From Nitratidesulfovibrio vulgaris str. Hildenborough (lineage in GTDB: Bacteria; Desulfobacterota; Desulfovibrionia; Desulfovibrionales; Desulfovibrionaceae), in the NCBI RefSeq assembly GCF_000195755.1, contig NC_002937.3, positions 2,640,001 to 2,672,000 of the forward strand: DNA of 32,000 nt, read 5' to 3'. Under the pieces are notes generated by a model. It saw only the letters and a list, made by a program, of their open reading frames with translations, was not told the origin of the DNA and did not search any database. This document shows, in pieces, positions 1 to 9,244 of the stretch (its first letter is position 1; the number at the start of each line of letters is the position of its first letter). The translations under genes and the position numbers were made by a program.

Positions 1-773
1 ACGGGAATCTCACCGCCAGCTGCCCTGGCTGCGGCCATGAGGCGTGCGGCCTCTTCCACGAGTTCGGGCTCATAGAGGGACTTGCCCACTTCGTAACCGG
101 CGGCCTTGATGAAATTATTGGCGATGCCGCCGCCCACGATGAGGCGGTCGACACGGTGTGACAGGTTGTCGAGAAGCGTCAGCTTGGTCGAGACCTTCGA
201 ACCGCCGATGATGCCCACAAGCGGGTGCTTCGGGGCGTCAAGGGCGCGTTCCAGCGCGTCAAGTTCTGCAGCCAGCAGCGGCCCCGCGCAGGCAACAGGG
301 GCGAAGCGCGCCACGGCGTGGGTAGAAGCCTGCGCCCGGTGTGCGGCACCGAACGCGTCCATGACGAAGATGTCGCACAGAGCGGCAAGCCTTCTGCCCA
401 GTTCCTCGGTGTTCTTCTTCTCACCCTTGAGAAAGCGGACGTTCTCGCACAGGACGCAATCGCCCTCGGCGACATCCACACCGTCGATGTAGTCCTTCAC
501 AAGACGCACATCACGCCCGAGTTCGCGCGAAAGATGTGCGGCCACAGGGGCGAGCGAAAAAGCCTCATCGAACTCGCCCTCTACGGGGCGACCCAGATGC
601 GAGACGATAAGCACACGGGCCCCCGCCTCCATCGCCATGCGAATGGACGGCAGAGCGGCGCGTATGCGCTTGTCGCTGGTGATGCGCCCCTCCTTGAGGG
701 GCACGTTGAGGTCTTCACGCAGAAGAACCCGTTTTCCCTTGAGGTCGAGATCGGTCATCTTGATAACGGCCAT
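1..773 (-). CDS. pgk: phosphoglycerate kinase (N-terminal ~257 codons; C-terminus lies beyond the left edge)
   Basis: The minus-strand frame is open from the ATG at 773 to the window edge. It is absent from the ORF track because no stop lies in the window. My translation is [44 protein letters not shown]...VSHLGRP...[15 protein letters not shown]. This matches the E. coli Pgk N-terminus ([16 protein letters not shown]...) almost residue for residue. Confidence 0.9.
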   Translation of the reverse strand, partial: MAVIKMTDLDLKGKRVLLREDLNVPLKEGRITSDKRIRAALPSIRMAMEAGARVLIVSHLGRPVEGEFDEAFSLAPVAAHLSRELGRDVRLVKDYIDGVDVAEGDCVLCENVRFLKGEKKNTEELGRRLAALCDIFVMDAFGAAHRAQASTHAVARFAPVACAGPLLAAELDALERALDAPKHPLVGIIGGSKVSTKLTLLDNLSHRVDRLIVGGGIANNFIKAAGYEVGKSLYEPELVEEAARLMAAARAAGGEIP

Positions 774-805
774 GCGTTGCTCTCCTGGCAGGCTGGATGC
801 ATTAC

Positions 806-845
806 GAGAAAGGCGCGAACGCGGTCATCCTACCACGTTCGCGCC
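806..845 (-). terminator. hairpin plus short T-tract between tkt and pgk
   Basis: A 10-bp perfect stem ggcgcgaacg (812-821) pairs with cgttcgcgcc (836-845) around a 14-nt loop. On the minus strand it is followed by TTTCTC (806-811). It lies 65 nt downstream of the tkt stop and only 32 nt upstream of the pgk ATG, so it may act as an attenuator rather than a full stop. Confidence 0.45.
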
Positions 846-909
846 CCGGGTCATAGAGCATGGAGAAGGCACGACCGACGGCATGACGTCGCCAGCGGCC
901 CGCCCTCGG

Positions 910-2904
910 CTAGAGAAGCGACGTGACGGTATCCACCACGTTGTCCACGGTGAAGCCGAAATGCTTGAACAGGACACCGCCGGGTGCGGACTCGCCGAAA
1001 CCGGTCATGCCGACCACCTTGCCGTCGAGACCCACATACTTCCACCATGCGTCGGACGCGGCGGCCTCCACGGCCACGCGCACGCGCACGTCGGAGGGCA
1101 GGACGCTCTCACGGTAGGCGGCATCCTGCCGGTCGAAGACGGAAGACGAAGGCATGGAAACGACGCGCACGCGGCGACCACGCTTCTCAAGTTCGGCAGC
1201 GGCCTCGACAGCCAGTTGCACTTCAGACCCCGTAGCCATGATGATGGCTTCGGGCTTGCCCGCGCAGTCGCGCAGGATGTAGCCGCCGCGCCCGATGGCC
1301 GCACGCTGTTCGGCTGTGCGGGCGATGTGCGGCACACCCTGACGGGTGAGGGAGATGCATGTGGGGCCGGTGGCGCATTCGATGGCACTCTTCCAAGCGG
1401 CCACGGTCTCGACCGTGTCGCACGGACGCCATACCGAGACGTTGGGAATGAGCCGCAGCCCGCCCAGCTGTTCGACAGGCTGGTGGGTGGGGCCGTCCTC
1501 GCCCACGCCGATGGAGTCGTGGGTCAGCACCCACACCACGCGGATGCCCATCAGGGCCGAAAGGCGGATGGCGTTCTTGGCGTAGTCGGAGAAGATGAGG
1601 AAGGTGCCGGCGTAGGGGATGAAGCCGCCATGCAGGGTGAGGCCGTTCATGATGGCCCCCATGGCGAACTCGCGCACCCCGTAGGAGATGTAGTTGGCGT
1701 CCCAGTTGTCGGGGGTGAGGCGAACCGACCCCTTGTGCCATGTGCCCACCGAACCGGTGAGGTCGGCGGAACCGCCCACGAGTTCAGGCAGCAGCGGCGC
1801 GATGCCGTTGAGGGCGTTGCGCGAAGCCACACGCGTCGCCAGCTTCTCTGCGGCGCTGTCGGTGGCGGCGATGCAGGCTTCGACCTCGGCTTCCCAGTTG
1901 GCGGGAAGTTCACCGGACATGCGGCGTTCGAATGCGGCGGCAAGGTCGGGGTACGCCTTGCGGTAGCCCTCGAACATCTCACGCCATGCGGCTTCGTCCT
2001 TGGCACCCTTGTCGCGGCAATCCCACGCGGCATAGATGTCGGCGGGAATCTCGAACGGCGGGTGCGGCCAGTTCATGGCCTCGCGGGCGGCGGCAATCTC
2101 GGCCTCGCCCAGAGGCGAACCGTGGCAGTCGTGGCTGCCGCACTTGTTGGGGGCACCACTGCCGATGCAGGTCTTGCAGCAGATGAGGCTGGGCTTGCCG
2201 GTCTGCGCACGCGCGGCGGCGAGGGCGGCATCGAGGGCCGCAGCATCGTGGCCATCAACATCGCGTACCACATGCCAGCCGTAGGCTTCGAAGCGGGCGG
2301 GGGTGTCGTCGGCGAACCAGCCCTTGACCTCGCCATCGATGGAGATGCCGTTGTCATCGTAGAAGGCGATGAGCTTGCCGAGGCCCAGCGTGCCCGCAAG
2401 GGAGCATGCCTCGTGCGAGATGCCTTCCATCATGCAGCCGTCACCAAGGAACACATAGGTGTGGTGGTCGACCACGGGGAAGCCGTCACGGTTGAACCCG
2501 GTGGCGAGCATACGCTCGGCCATGGCCATACCCACGGCGGTGGCGATGCCCTGCCCGAGGGGGCCGGTGGTGGTCTCGACCCCGGGGGTGATGCCGTACT
2601 CGGGGTGTCCCGGCGTACGCGAGCCCATCTGGCGAAAATCACGGATGTCGTCCATGCTCACGGCATAGCCGGTGAGATGCAGCAGCGCGTAGATGAGCAT
2701 GGAACCGTGCCCGTTGGAGAGCACGAAACGGTCACGGTCGGGCCAGTGCGGGTTGGCGGGGTTGTGGCGCAGCGGCCCTCTCCAGAGGGCTTCGGCGATG
2801 TTGGCCATACCCATGGGTGCACCGGGGTGCCCCGACTTGGCCTTTTCGACCGCATCCATGCTCAGGACGCGAATGGCATTGGCAAAATCCTTGCGAGACG
2901 GCAT
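910..2904 (-). CDS. tkt: transketolase
   Basis: ORF 910..2916. [41 protein letters not shown] aligns from residue 1 with E. coli TktA ([34 protein letters not shown]...). A GGAGGA Shine-Dalgarno lies inside the upstream MEES codons, 4 nt before the ATG at 2904, so 2904 is preferred over 2916. The TPP motif GDGCMMEG is present. Confidence 0.95.
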   Translation of the reverse strand: MPSRKDFANAIRVLSMDAVEKAKSGHPGAPMGMANIAEALWRGPLRHNPANPHWPDRDRFVLSNGHGSMLIYALLHLTGYAVSMDDIRDFRQMGSRTPGHPEYGITPGVETTTGPLGQGIATAVGMAMAERMLATGFNRDGFPVVDHHTYVFLGDGCMMEGISHEACSLAGTLGLGKLIAFYDDNGISIDGEVKGWFADDTPARFEAYGWHVVRDVDGHDAAALDAALAAARAQTGKPSLICCKTCIGSGAPNKCGSHDCHGSPLGEAEIAAAREAMNWPHPPFEIPADIYAAWDCRDKGAKDEAAWREMFEGYRKAYPDLAAAFERRMSGELPANWEAEVEACIAATDSAAEKLATRVASRNALNGIAPLLPELVGGSADLTGSVGTWHKGSVRLTPDNWDANYISYGVREFAMGAIMNGLTLHGGFIPYAGTFLIFSDYAKNAIRLSALMGIRVVWVLTHDSIGVGEDGPTHQPVEQLGGLRLIPNVSVWRPCDTVETVAAWKSAIECATGPTCISLTRQGVPHIARTAEQRAAIGRGGYILRDCAGKPEAIIMATGSEVQLAVEAAAELEKRGRRVRVVSMPSSSVFDRQDAAYRESVLPSDVRVRVAVEAAASDAWWKYVGLDGKVVGMTGFGESAPGGVLFKHFGFTVDNVVDTVTSLL

Positions 2905-2994
2905 TGATTCCTCCATCGGCGGGTTGCCCCGGTACGGGCCGGGTGGCTTCCCCTAGTCTGTTCCGTGGCGCATGGCAACGGATGAGAACACGTT

Positions 2995-3663
2995 TCAGTT
3001 CGCGGGGCGTGCGGCAGCCGCTGCGTCCTCGAAAGCGCGCAGGCGCTGGTCATACGGCGGAAAACCGAAGAACGCCGACCCGGACACCAGCACATCGGCC
3101 CCGCTCTCGACGAGGGCTGCCGTGTTGGAAGGGTCGACACCGCCATCGACCTGTATATGCGCGGAAAGGCCACGGGCATCGAGCATGGCGCGCAGGTCGC
3201 GTATCTTGCGGTACGTGGCGGGCAGGAACTTCTGCCCCCCGAAGCCGGGGTTGACGCTCATGATGAGCACCATATCCACATCTTCGAGCACGTAGTCGAG
3301 CACCGAAAGCGGCGTGTGCGGGTTGAGCGCCACCCCCGCCTTGCACCCGAGGCGGCGAATCTCCGCCAGTGTGCGTTGCAGGTGGTTGGTCGCCTCGGCA
3401 TGTACCACCAGCATATCCGCCCCCGCCTTGGCGAAGTCGGCAAGATAGCGTTCCGGTTCATGGACCATGAGGTGCACATCGAAGAAGAGGCCGCTCTTCT
3501 TGCGCAGGTGGCTGATGACAGGCTGTCCGTAGGTGATGTTGGGCACGAAGCGACCGTCCATCACATCCCAGTGGACCCACTTGACGCCCGCCGCTTCAAG
3601 CGCGGCGAGTTCTTCCGTGAGTCGACCGAAATCGGACGACAGAAGCGAGGGGGAAAGAATCAT
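2995..3663 (-). CDS. rpe: ribulose-phosphate 3-epimerase
   Basis: ORF 2995..3789 trimmed to the ATG at 3663 (MILSPSLLSSDFGRLTEEL...), a canonical Rpe N-terminus. It also has WVHWDVMDGRFVPNITYG and IQVDGGV motifs. The upstream 42 codons are Arg/Ala-rich and unlike any Rpe. Confidence 0.92.
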   Translation of the reverse strand: MILSPSLLSSDFGRLTEELAALEAAGVKWVHWDVMDGRFVPNITYGQPVISHLRKKSGLFFDVHLMVHEPERYLADFAKAGADMLVVHAEATNHLQRTLAEIRRLGCKAGVALNPHTPLSVLDYVLEDVDMVLIMSVNPGFGGQKFLPATYRKIRDLRAMLDARGLSAHIQVDGGVDPSNTAALVESGADVLVSGSAFFGFPPYDQRLRAFEDAAAAARPAN

Positions 3664-3710
3664 GGTGGGGTCTCTCGGCGGGGCGGCGCCCCGCAACGAC
3701 GCGCAAGGCG

Positions 3711-4094
3711 TCAGGAGGTTCCGGCAAGAAGCCGTCGCAACTGCTCGAGCTCCGCGACGATGTCGCGGACGACCCCGCCGCAGTCGCACGATGCGGCTAC
3801 GGCGGGGGTGGTGTCTGCGGAGTCCGGTGCGACGACCGGCAATGGTTCTGCGGCGGCATGACCGCCTTCTTCGGCGAGGATACGACGGGCACCCTCTATG
3901 GTGAGTCCCCTTTCGTGCAGGAGGTGGCGGATGCGACGCAACACGGCGATATCACGCTCGGAATAGAGGCGCTGCCCCTTCTCCGTGCGCAAAGGGTCGA
4001 GCTGGGGGAACTCGGTCTCCCAGAACCTCAACACATAGGTCTTGAGGTTGAGCAACTCGGCCGCCTCGCCGATACGGTACGTCTTCTCCTCCAT
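3711..4094 (-). CDS. MerR-family transcriptional regulator (small, 127 aa)
   Basis: It has an N-terminal MerR-type wHTH: YRIGEAAELLNLKTYVLRFWETEFPQL...GQRLYSERDIAVLRRIRHLL. It starts 24 nt after the pheT stop and ends 47 nt before the rpe start, all on the same strand. The C-terminal part carries a CDC motif. Confidence 0.85.
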   Translation of the reverse strand: MEEKTYRIGEAAELLNLKTYVLRFWETEFPQLDPLRTEKGQRLYSERDIAVLRRIRHLLHERGLTIEGARRILAEEGGHAAAEPLPVVAPDSADTTPAVAASCDCGGVVRDIVAELEQLRRLLAGTS

Positions 4095-4118
4095 GCGCCC
4101 TCCTGTCCGGGCGTCCCG

Positions 4119-6515
4119 TCAGATGCGGACGGGAAGCTTCTCCACGAGGGAATGTGCCACTTTATCGCGTTCCTTGTCCACCTCGGCATCCTTCAGGGTG
4201 CGCGAGGCGTGGCGGAACGTCATGCGGAACGTGAGGTTACGCTCGTCCTTCCCTTCCGGTTCGAACACGTCGATGAGTTCCACGCCGCAAAGCAGCGGCA
4301 GGCGCAACCCGAGGATATGGTCGAGTACGGCACCCACCTGCAACGAACCGGGCGCTGCCACGGTGATGTCGCGCCGCACCGGCGGGTAGACGGGCAGCGA
4401 CCGGAACGCGATGCGGGCGGCATCGTGCAACTCGCGCAGCACGTCGAGGTCGAGGTCGGCAAGCCACGCGTCCTTGCGGGCGTGGTAGGCATCGGCGATT
4501 TCAGGACGCACACGCCCGATGACGCCAACCTGCCTGCCCTGCACGGCGACGTCCACACACGGCATCAGGAACGGATGCGACGCCGCAAGCGTGAAGGTGG
4601 CGCCCTCGAGGTGCAGGAAGGCGAGGCAGTGTTCCACGATACCCTTGATGTCGGCGTAGTCGGCGTCAGCCTCGACATGCGGCCACTGGCTGTCATACCT
4701 GCTGCCGTAGACGAGGATGTCGAGCCGCGCGCGCTCGCGGGCGGTGGTGTCTGACGTGGCGTCGGCCTCGAAGATGTGCGCCACTTCGAAGAGGCGGAGT
4801 CCCGCGTTGCCCTGAGCGATGTTATGGCGCAGGTTCTGCAACAGTCCGGGTGCCAGTTCGGTGCGCAGCACGTTCTGGTCGGCGGTGAGCGGGTTCATGA
4901 TGGGAATGCGCCCGTCCACGGCAAGATTGAGGTGGTCGAGGTCCTTCTGCCCCACGAAGCTGTAGTTGATGGCTTCGTTGAGACCGAGTCCTGCGGCCCA
5001 GTGCTTGAGACGCAGCCAGAACGAGTACTTCGATTCGGGCGCACCAGCACGGTCGAGAGGGCGCATGACCTTGGGCAGCACCGGTTCGATGGTATCCATA
5101 CCCCGCACGCGCGCCACCTCTTCGATGAGGTCGGCCTCGCGTTCGAAGTCGCGCCGATGGCTGGGGGCCGTCACCTTCCAGTCGGCAGCGTCTGCGGCGT
5201 CGACCTTGCAGCCGAGGCGCTCAAGCGTCTCGCGGCAGAACGTCTCATCAAGGCTGATGCCAAGCAGTGCCTCGCCCCTTGCGCGGCGGAAGCGCAGCAC
5301 GGGTGCCTGCCACGGCAGCGGCTCATTGTGGCAGATGCCGGGACGAAGCGTCGCCCCGGAAAGGCCCGCGATGAGTTGCGCAGCGCGGTTCATGGCGTAG
5401 GTGCACACCACCTGGTCGACCCCGCGTTCGAAACGGTACGAGGCTTCGCTGGAGAGACCAAGGCGACGGGCCGTCTTGCGGATGGTGCCGGGGCGGAAGA
5501 CCGCGGCTTCGAGGAACACCCGGCTGCTCTTGTCGGATATCTCCGTCTCGGCACCGCCCATGACCCCGGCAAGGCCCACGGGCTTCTCGCCGTCGCGGAT
5601 GAGCAGGTCGTTGGATGTCAGCACGCGTTCGACACCGTCGAGGGTCGTCAGACGCTCGCCCTCTCGGGCGGCGGAGACTTCGATGCGGCCTCCTGCAAGC
5701 AGGTCGAGGTCGTAGGCGTGCAGCGGCTGACCGAGTTCCATGAGGATGTAGTTGGTCACGTCCACGATGTTGGAGATGGGACGCACCCCCACGGCGATGA
5801 GCCGGTAACGCATCCACGCCGGACTCTTGCGGACGGCGGCCCCTTCGAGCACTCGCCCGTGGAACAGCGGGCACAGCGAGGCGTCGGGGATGTCGATGCG
5901 CAGCGCATTGGACGCATCGGCCCCCTCTTCCTTCAGGTCGAGGGCAGGCATGGTGAGCGGCAGGCCGAAGGCCAGTGCCACTTCGCGGGCGAGGCCGAGA
6001 ACCGAGAGGCAGTCGGCGCGGTTGGGCGTGATGGCGATGTCGCAGACCTCACGGTCGAGGTCCAGTTCATCGACCAGCCTGGCACCGATGCGGAACGATT
6101 CGGGCAGCACCATGATGCCGTCATGGTCTTCGCCGAGGCCCAGTTCGCGCTCGGAGCAGATCATGCCATGCGAGGGCTGTCCCCGCAGTTTGGCCTTCTT
6201 GATGACCATGCCGCCGGGCATGGTGGTGCCCACCAGGGCCACCGGGACACGCTGACCGGCAGCCACGTTGGGCGCACCGCACACGATGTCCAGAGGTTCG
6301 CCCTGCCCCACGTCGACCTTGCAGACCGAAAGCTTGTCCGCCTCGGGATGCCGCTCACGCGAGACCACATGGCCGACGACGATGGGCTCGATGGCGTCGA
6401 AGGGGCGGATGATCTCTTCGAGTTCGAGGCCGAGCATGGTCAGCCTGTCGCCGAGTTCGGCGGCGGTGCCTTCAAAGGGTACGAATTCGCGCAGCCATTT
6501 GAGACTCAGAAGCAT
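4119..6515 (-). CDS. pheT: phenylalanine--tRNA ligase beta subunit
   Basis: ORF 4119..6593 trimmed to the ATG at 6515 (MLLSLKWLREFVPFEGTAAELGDRLTMLGLELE), a typical PheT N-terminus. GGGAG lies 6 nt upstream. The ~798 aa length is appropriate for bacterial PheT. Confidence 0.95.
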   Translation of the reverse strand: MLLSLKWLREFVPFEGTAAELGDRLTMLGLELEEIIRPFDAIEPIVVGHVVSRERHPEADKLSVCKVDVGQGEPLDIVCGAPNVAAGQRVPVALVGTTMPGGMVIKKAKLRGQPSHGMICSERELGLGEDHDGIMVLPESFRIGARLVDELDLDREVCDIAITPNRADCLSVLGLAREVALAFGLPLTMPALDLKEEGADASNALRIDIPDASLCPLFHGRVLEGAAVRKSPAWMRYRLIAVGVRPISNIVDVTNYILMELGQPLHAYDLDLLAGGRIEVSAAREGERLTTLDGVERVLTSNDLLIRDGEKPVGLAGVMGGAETEISDKSSRVFLEAAVFRPGTIRKTARRLGLSSEASYRFERGVDQVVCTYAMNRAAQLIAGLSGATLRPGICHNEPLPWQAPVLRFRRARGEALLGISLDETFCRETLERLGCKVDAADAADWKVTAPSHRRDFEREADLIEEVARVRGMDTIEPVLPKVMRPLDRAGAPESKYSFWLRLKHWAAGLGLNEAINYSFVGQKDLDHLNLAVDGRIPIMNPLTADQNVLRTELAPGLLQNLRHNIAQGNAGLRLFEVAHIFEADATSDTTARERARLDILVYGSRYDSQWPHVEADADYADIKGIVEHCLAFLHLEGATFTLAASHPFLMPCVDVAVQGRQVGVIGRVRPEIADAYHARKDAWLADLDLDVLRELHDAARIAFRSLPVYPPVRRDITVAAPGSLQVGAVLDHILGLRLPLLCGVELIDVFEPEGKDERNLTFRMTFRHASRTLKDAEVDKERDKVAHSLVEKLPVRI

Positions 6516-6694
6516 GTGCCACTCCCATGACCGGGGTCGCCACCCCGGACACGCTTTTGTGCGCCCGGCACGCCGGTGCGCTTGCCGGAACACCCGGCTG
6601 AACCCTCAGGAAGCGGTGATGCGCACCACTCCCCGTCCTGTCGTCCCCCTGCGGGGGCACGTCACGCCAGCCCCGCACGTCGCGAGGCCGACCA

Positions 6695-7732
6695 TCACGC
6701 GAATTGCGACAGGAAGCGGACGTCGTTCTCGAAGAACATGCGCAGGTCGCCTATGCCGTACTTGAGCATGGCGACGCGCTCGACGCCGAGGCCGAAGGCG
6801 AAACCGGTGTACACTTCGGGGTCGTAGCCCACGGACTTGAACACTTCAGGGTCGATCATGCCGCAGCCGAGAATCTCGACCCAGCCCGTGGTCTTGCAGA
6901 CGCGGCACGGTTCGTTGCCCACATGCCCCTTGCCGCCGCAGATGCAACACGAGATGTCGACCTCGGCACTGGGTTCGGTGAAGGGGAAGAAGCTGGGCCT
7001 GAAGCGCACCCGCGTGTCACCGCCGAAGACCGTGCGCAGGAACGAGGTGAGCGTGCCGCGCAGTTCAGCCATGCTCACGTTGTGATCGACCATGAACCCT
7101 TCAATCTGATGGAACATGGGCGTGTGGGTGATGTCAGAGTCGCGACGGTACACCTTGCCGGGGGCGATGGCAGCCACCGGAGGGCGAAGCGACTTCATGG
7201 TGCGCACCTGAAGCGGTGAGGTGTGCGTGCGCATGAGGATGCTCTCTGTGATGTAGAGCGTGTCCTGCATGTCGCGCGCAGGGTGCTCGGGCGGCATGTT
7301 GAGGGCTTCGAAGTTGTGGTAGTCGTTCTCGACCTCGGGCCCGGTGACGATGTCGTAACCGAGCGCGCCGAACACGGAGCATATCTCCTCCATGACCAGC
7401 GTCACGGGATGGAGAGACCCGCGCCACGGCATCCTGCCGGGAAGGCTCGGGTCGAAACGCGAGAGTGCGGCGGCCTCTTTGGCCTGCTCGAGCACGACCT
7501 TGCGCTGTTCGAACAGTTCGGTGAGTGCCTGCTTGACCGTGTTGGCAGCCTGACCGACACGGGGACGCTCTGCGGGGGCGAGCTCCGGCAGATGCGCCAT
7601 GACCTGTGCAAGACGCCCCTTCCTGCCGAGGAAGGCGATGCGCTGCTCTTCAAGCTCTTGCAACGACGAAGCCTGGCCCAATCCTCTTTCGAGTTCCGGC
7701 ACCAGGCTTTCAAGTTCCTTCAGAAGGTCCAT
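6695..7732 (-). CDS. pheS: phenylalanine--tRNA ligase alpha subunit
   Basis: 345 aa. The class II core motifs are recognisable: [59 protein letters not shown]. Confidence 0.95.
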
Positions 7733-7864
7733 GATGTGTATCCCCGGAAAGGACTGGTATCGCTTCCCTGGACATGCAACGCCATGACAGCATACGCCGG
7801 GTGGGCCCGGCGCGCCGCAGTCCGGCGTGATTGGGCCGAAAGGCGCTTTCGGCGAACGATAAGC

Positions 7865-7894
7865 CGCCGGACGGCCACACGTGACCGTCCGGCG
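7865..7894 (-). terminator. strong hairpin just downstream of rplT (terminator or attenuator ahead of pheS)
   Basis: A 10-bp perfect stem cgccggacgg (7865-7874) pairs with ccgtccggcg (7885-7894) around a 10-nt loop. It starts 10 nt after the rplT stop. On the minus strand it is followed by GCTTATCGTT, a poor U-tract. A second hairpin, gccgaaag/ctttcggc, lies at 7835-7853. Confidence 0.4.
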
Positions 7895-7903
7895 ACATGC
7901 ACC

Positions 7904-8257
7904 CTAGTTGAGCTTCGACTTGGCCAGTTCGGCGATCTTGGCGAAATCGTCCTTCTCGCGAACGGCGAGGTCGGCGAGGACCTTGCGGTTCAGTTCCACG
8001 CCGGCGAGGGTGAGGCCGTGCATGAACTTGCTGTAGGAGAGACCGTTGAGACGCGCGGCGGCGTTGATGCGCAGGATCCACAGCTTGCGGAACTCGCGCT
8101 TCTTCACCTTGCGGTCACGGAAGGCGTAGCAGAGCGAACGCTCGACGGCTTCGCGGGCGGTGCGGTACAGGCGGCTGCGGCCACCGCGGTAGCCCTTCGC
8201 CATATCAAGATACTTCTTATGACGCCGATGAGCGGCGAGACCTCTCTTTACACGCAT
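7904..8257 (-). CDS. rplT: 50S ribosomal protein L20
   Basis: 117 aa: [50 protein letters not shown]... This is a canonical L20 sequence. Confidence 0.95.
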   Translation of the reverse strand: MRVKRGLAAHRRHKKYLDMAKGYRGGRSRLYRTAREAVERSLCYAFRDRKVKKREFRKLWILRINAAARLNGLSYSKFMHGLTLAGVELNRKVLADLAVREKDDFAKIAELAKSKLN

Positions 8258-8339
8258 GGATCATTCCTCCATTGCTGCACTCCGCGAGGCGAGAGTCCGT
8301 GCCAGCGGAGCAGAAAATGTGATGTGGTGCGCGCGAGCC

Positions 8340-8537
8340 CTATGCGTAGGGCATCATGCGGCGCACGGCCTTTTCATTGGTGGCGTCGACGATGGCGGAC
8401 TGACCAAGGTTCATCTTACGCTTGGCAGACTTCTTCGTGAGGATGTGCCGGAGGTTCTGCTTGCGGCGGCGGAACTTGCCGCTGCCGGTGACGGAGAACC
8501 GCTTGGCGGCACTGCGTCGGGTCTTGATCTTGGGCAT
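8340..8537 (-). CDS. rpmI: 50S ribosomal protein L35
   Basis: 65 aa: MPKIKTRRSAAKRFSVTGSGKFRRRKQNLRHILTKKS... This is canonical L35. AAGGAGA lies upstream of the ATG. Confidence 0.93.
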   Translation of the reverse strand: MPKIKTRRSAAKRFSVTGSGKFRRRKQNLRHILTKKSAKRKMNLGQSAIVDATNEKAVRRMMPYA

Positions 8538-8706
8538 GATCGTTTCTCCTTCCGTCGGTATGCGCCGTCGGTCCTACAGCATGGCGACGGCGTTCGAGCC
8601 CTTGCGGGCACAAATATCTTTGCGGTGCTGCGGGACGCAGCAAACCGTCCCCCTCCGGGGAGGGGCATAATGCGACAATTCAGCCGCAGAAGCAAGTGCC
8701 GTATGG
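8538..8706 (-). promoter_or_regulatory. structured ~170-nt infC-rpmI spacer (candidate L20-responsive leader or partial terminator)
   Basis: Three GC-rich hairpins are visible. The first is at 8650-8665 (CCCCTC/GAGGGG) and is followed on the minus strand by ACGGTTTG. The second is at 8627-8641 (GCTGCG/CGCAGC). The third is at 8598-8609 (GCCC-GCAA-GGGC, a GNRA loop on the minus strand). The function is inferred by analogy to L20 autoregulation of rpmI-rplT. Confidence 0.3.
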
Positions 8707-9237
8707 CTACTTCTTGGGAATCGGCGCCAGCATCATCTGGAGGGTGCGGCCTTCGGCGCGCGCCTCCTGATCAAGCTTGGCGAGATCCTTGGTATCTTCC
8801 ACGAAGCGGTCGAGGATGGTGAGCCCCCTGTCCTTGTGGACGATCTCGCGACCACGGAAGAACACGGTGACCTTGCAGCGATCGCCCTCTTCGAGGAAGC
8901 GACGGACATGCTTGAGCTTCGTCTGGTAGTCGTGCTCGTCCGTCTTGGGCCTGACCTTGATCTCCTTGATCTGGACGACGGTCTGGCGCTTCTTGGCTTC
9001 CTGCTTCTTCTTCTGCTGCTCGTACTTGTACTTGCCGTAGTCCATTACCCGGCATACGGGCGGATCGGCAGTAGCAGCCACCTCGACGAGGTCGAGGCCC
9101 TTTTCTTTGGCAAGGGCGATGGCATCGTTACGGGAGATGATCCCGAGCTGTTCGCCCTCGGCTCCGATCAACCGCACCTCGCGGGCACGGATCTGCTCAT
9201 TGCGGCGCACACTGTCCTGCGGGACGTCGCGGCGCAT
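8707..9237 (-). CDS. infC: translation initiation factor IF-3
   Basis: 176 aa: ...RRNEQIRAREVRLIGAEGEQLGIISRNDAIALAKEKGLDLVEVAATADPPVCRVMDYGKYKYEQQKKKQEAKK... is collinear with E. coli IF3. The start is uncertain: the ATG at 9237 has a weak SD, while an in-frame ATA at 9258 has a good one (see findings). Confidence 0.9.
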   Translation of the reverse strand: MRRDVPQDSVRRNEQIRAREVRLIGAEGEQLGIISRNDAIALAKEKGLDLVEVAATADPPVCRVMDYGKYKYEQQKKKQEAKKRQTVVQIKEIKVRPKTDEHDYQTKLKHVRRFLEEGDRCKVTVFFRGREIVHKDRGLTILDRFVEDTKDLAKLDQEARAEGRTLQMMLAPIPKK

Positions 9238-9244
9238 CCTGTTG

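Noticed and set aside
637-2907. A 756-aa plus-strand ORF antisense to tkt. Similar long antisense or alternate-frame ORFs are 4776..6530 (opposite pheT), 9107..11194 (opposite thrS), 11573..12640 and 12726..13604 (opposite the dehydratase-like and activator genes), 13804..15108 (opposite hcp), 16807..18090 (opposite adh), 23614..25566 (opposite gltX and Nfu), 26428..27852 (opposite MATE), 28449..29477 (opposite birA), and 22074..23615 (same strand as the HD-GYP gene but in a different frame).
   Set aside because: Each fully overlaps a gene with unmistakable family motifs. Their translations are Arg/Gly/Ala/His/Pro-rich with no recognisable domain and no SD-start arrangement. Long stop-free antisense frames are expected in GC-rich DNA. 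I treat them as shadow ORFs.
7733-7903. A pheM-like Phe-rich leader peptide and attenuator upstream of pheS, as in E. coli.
   Set aside because: Two hairpins are present and are annotated, but no short ORF with consecutive Phe codons exists in any frame of the spacer.
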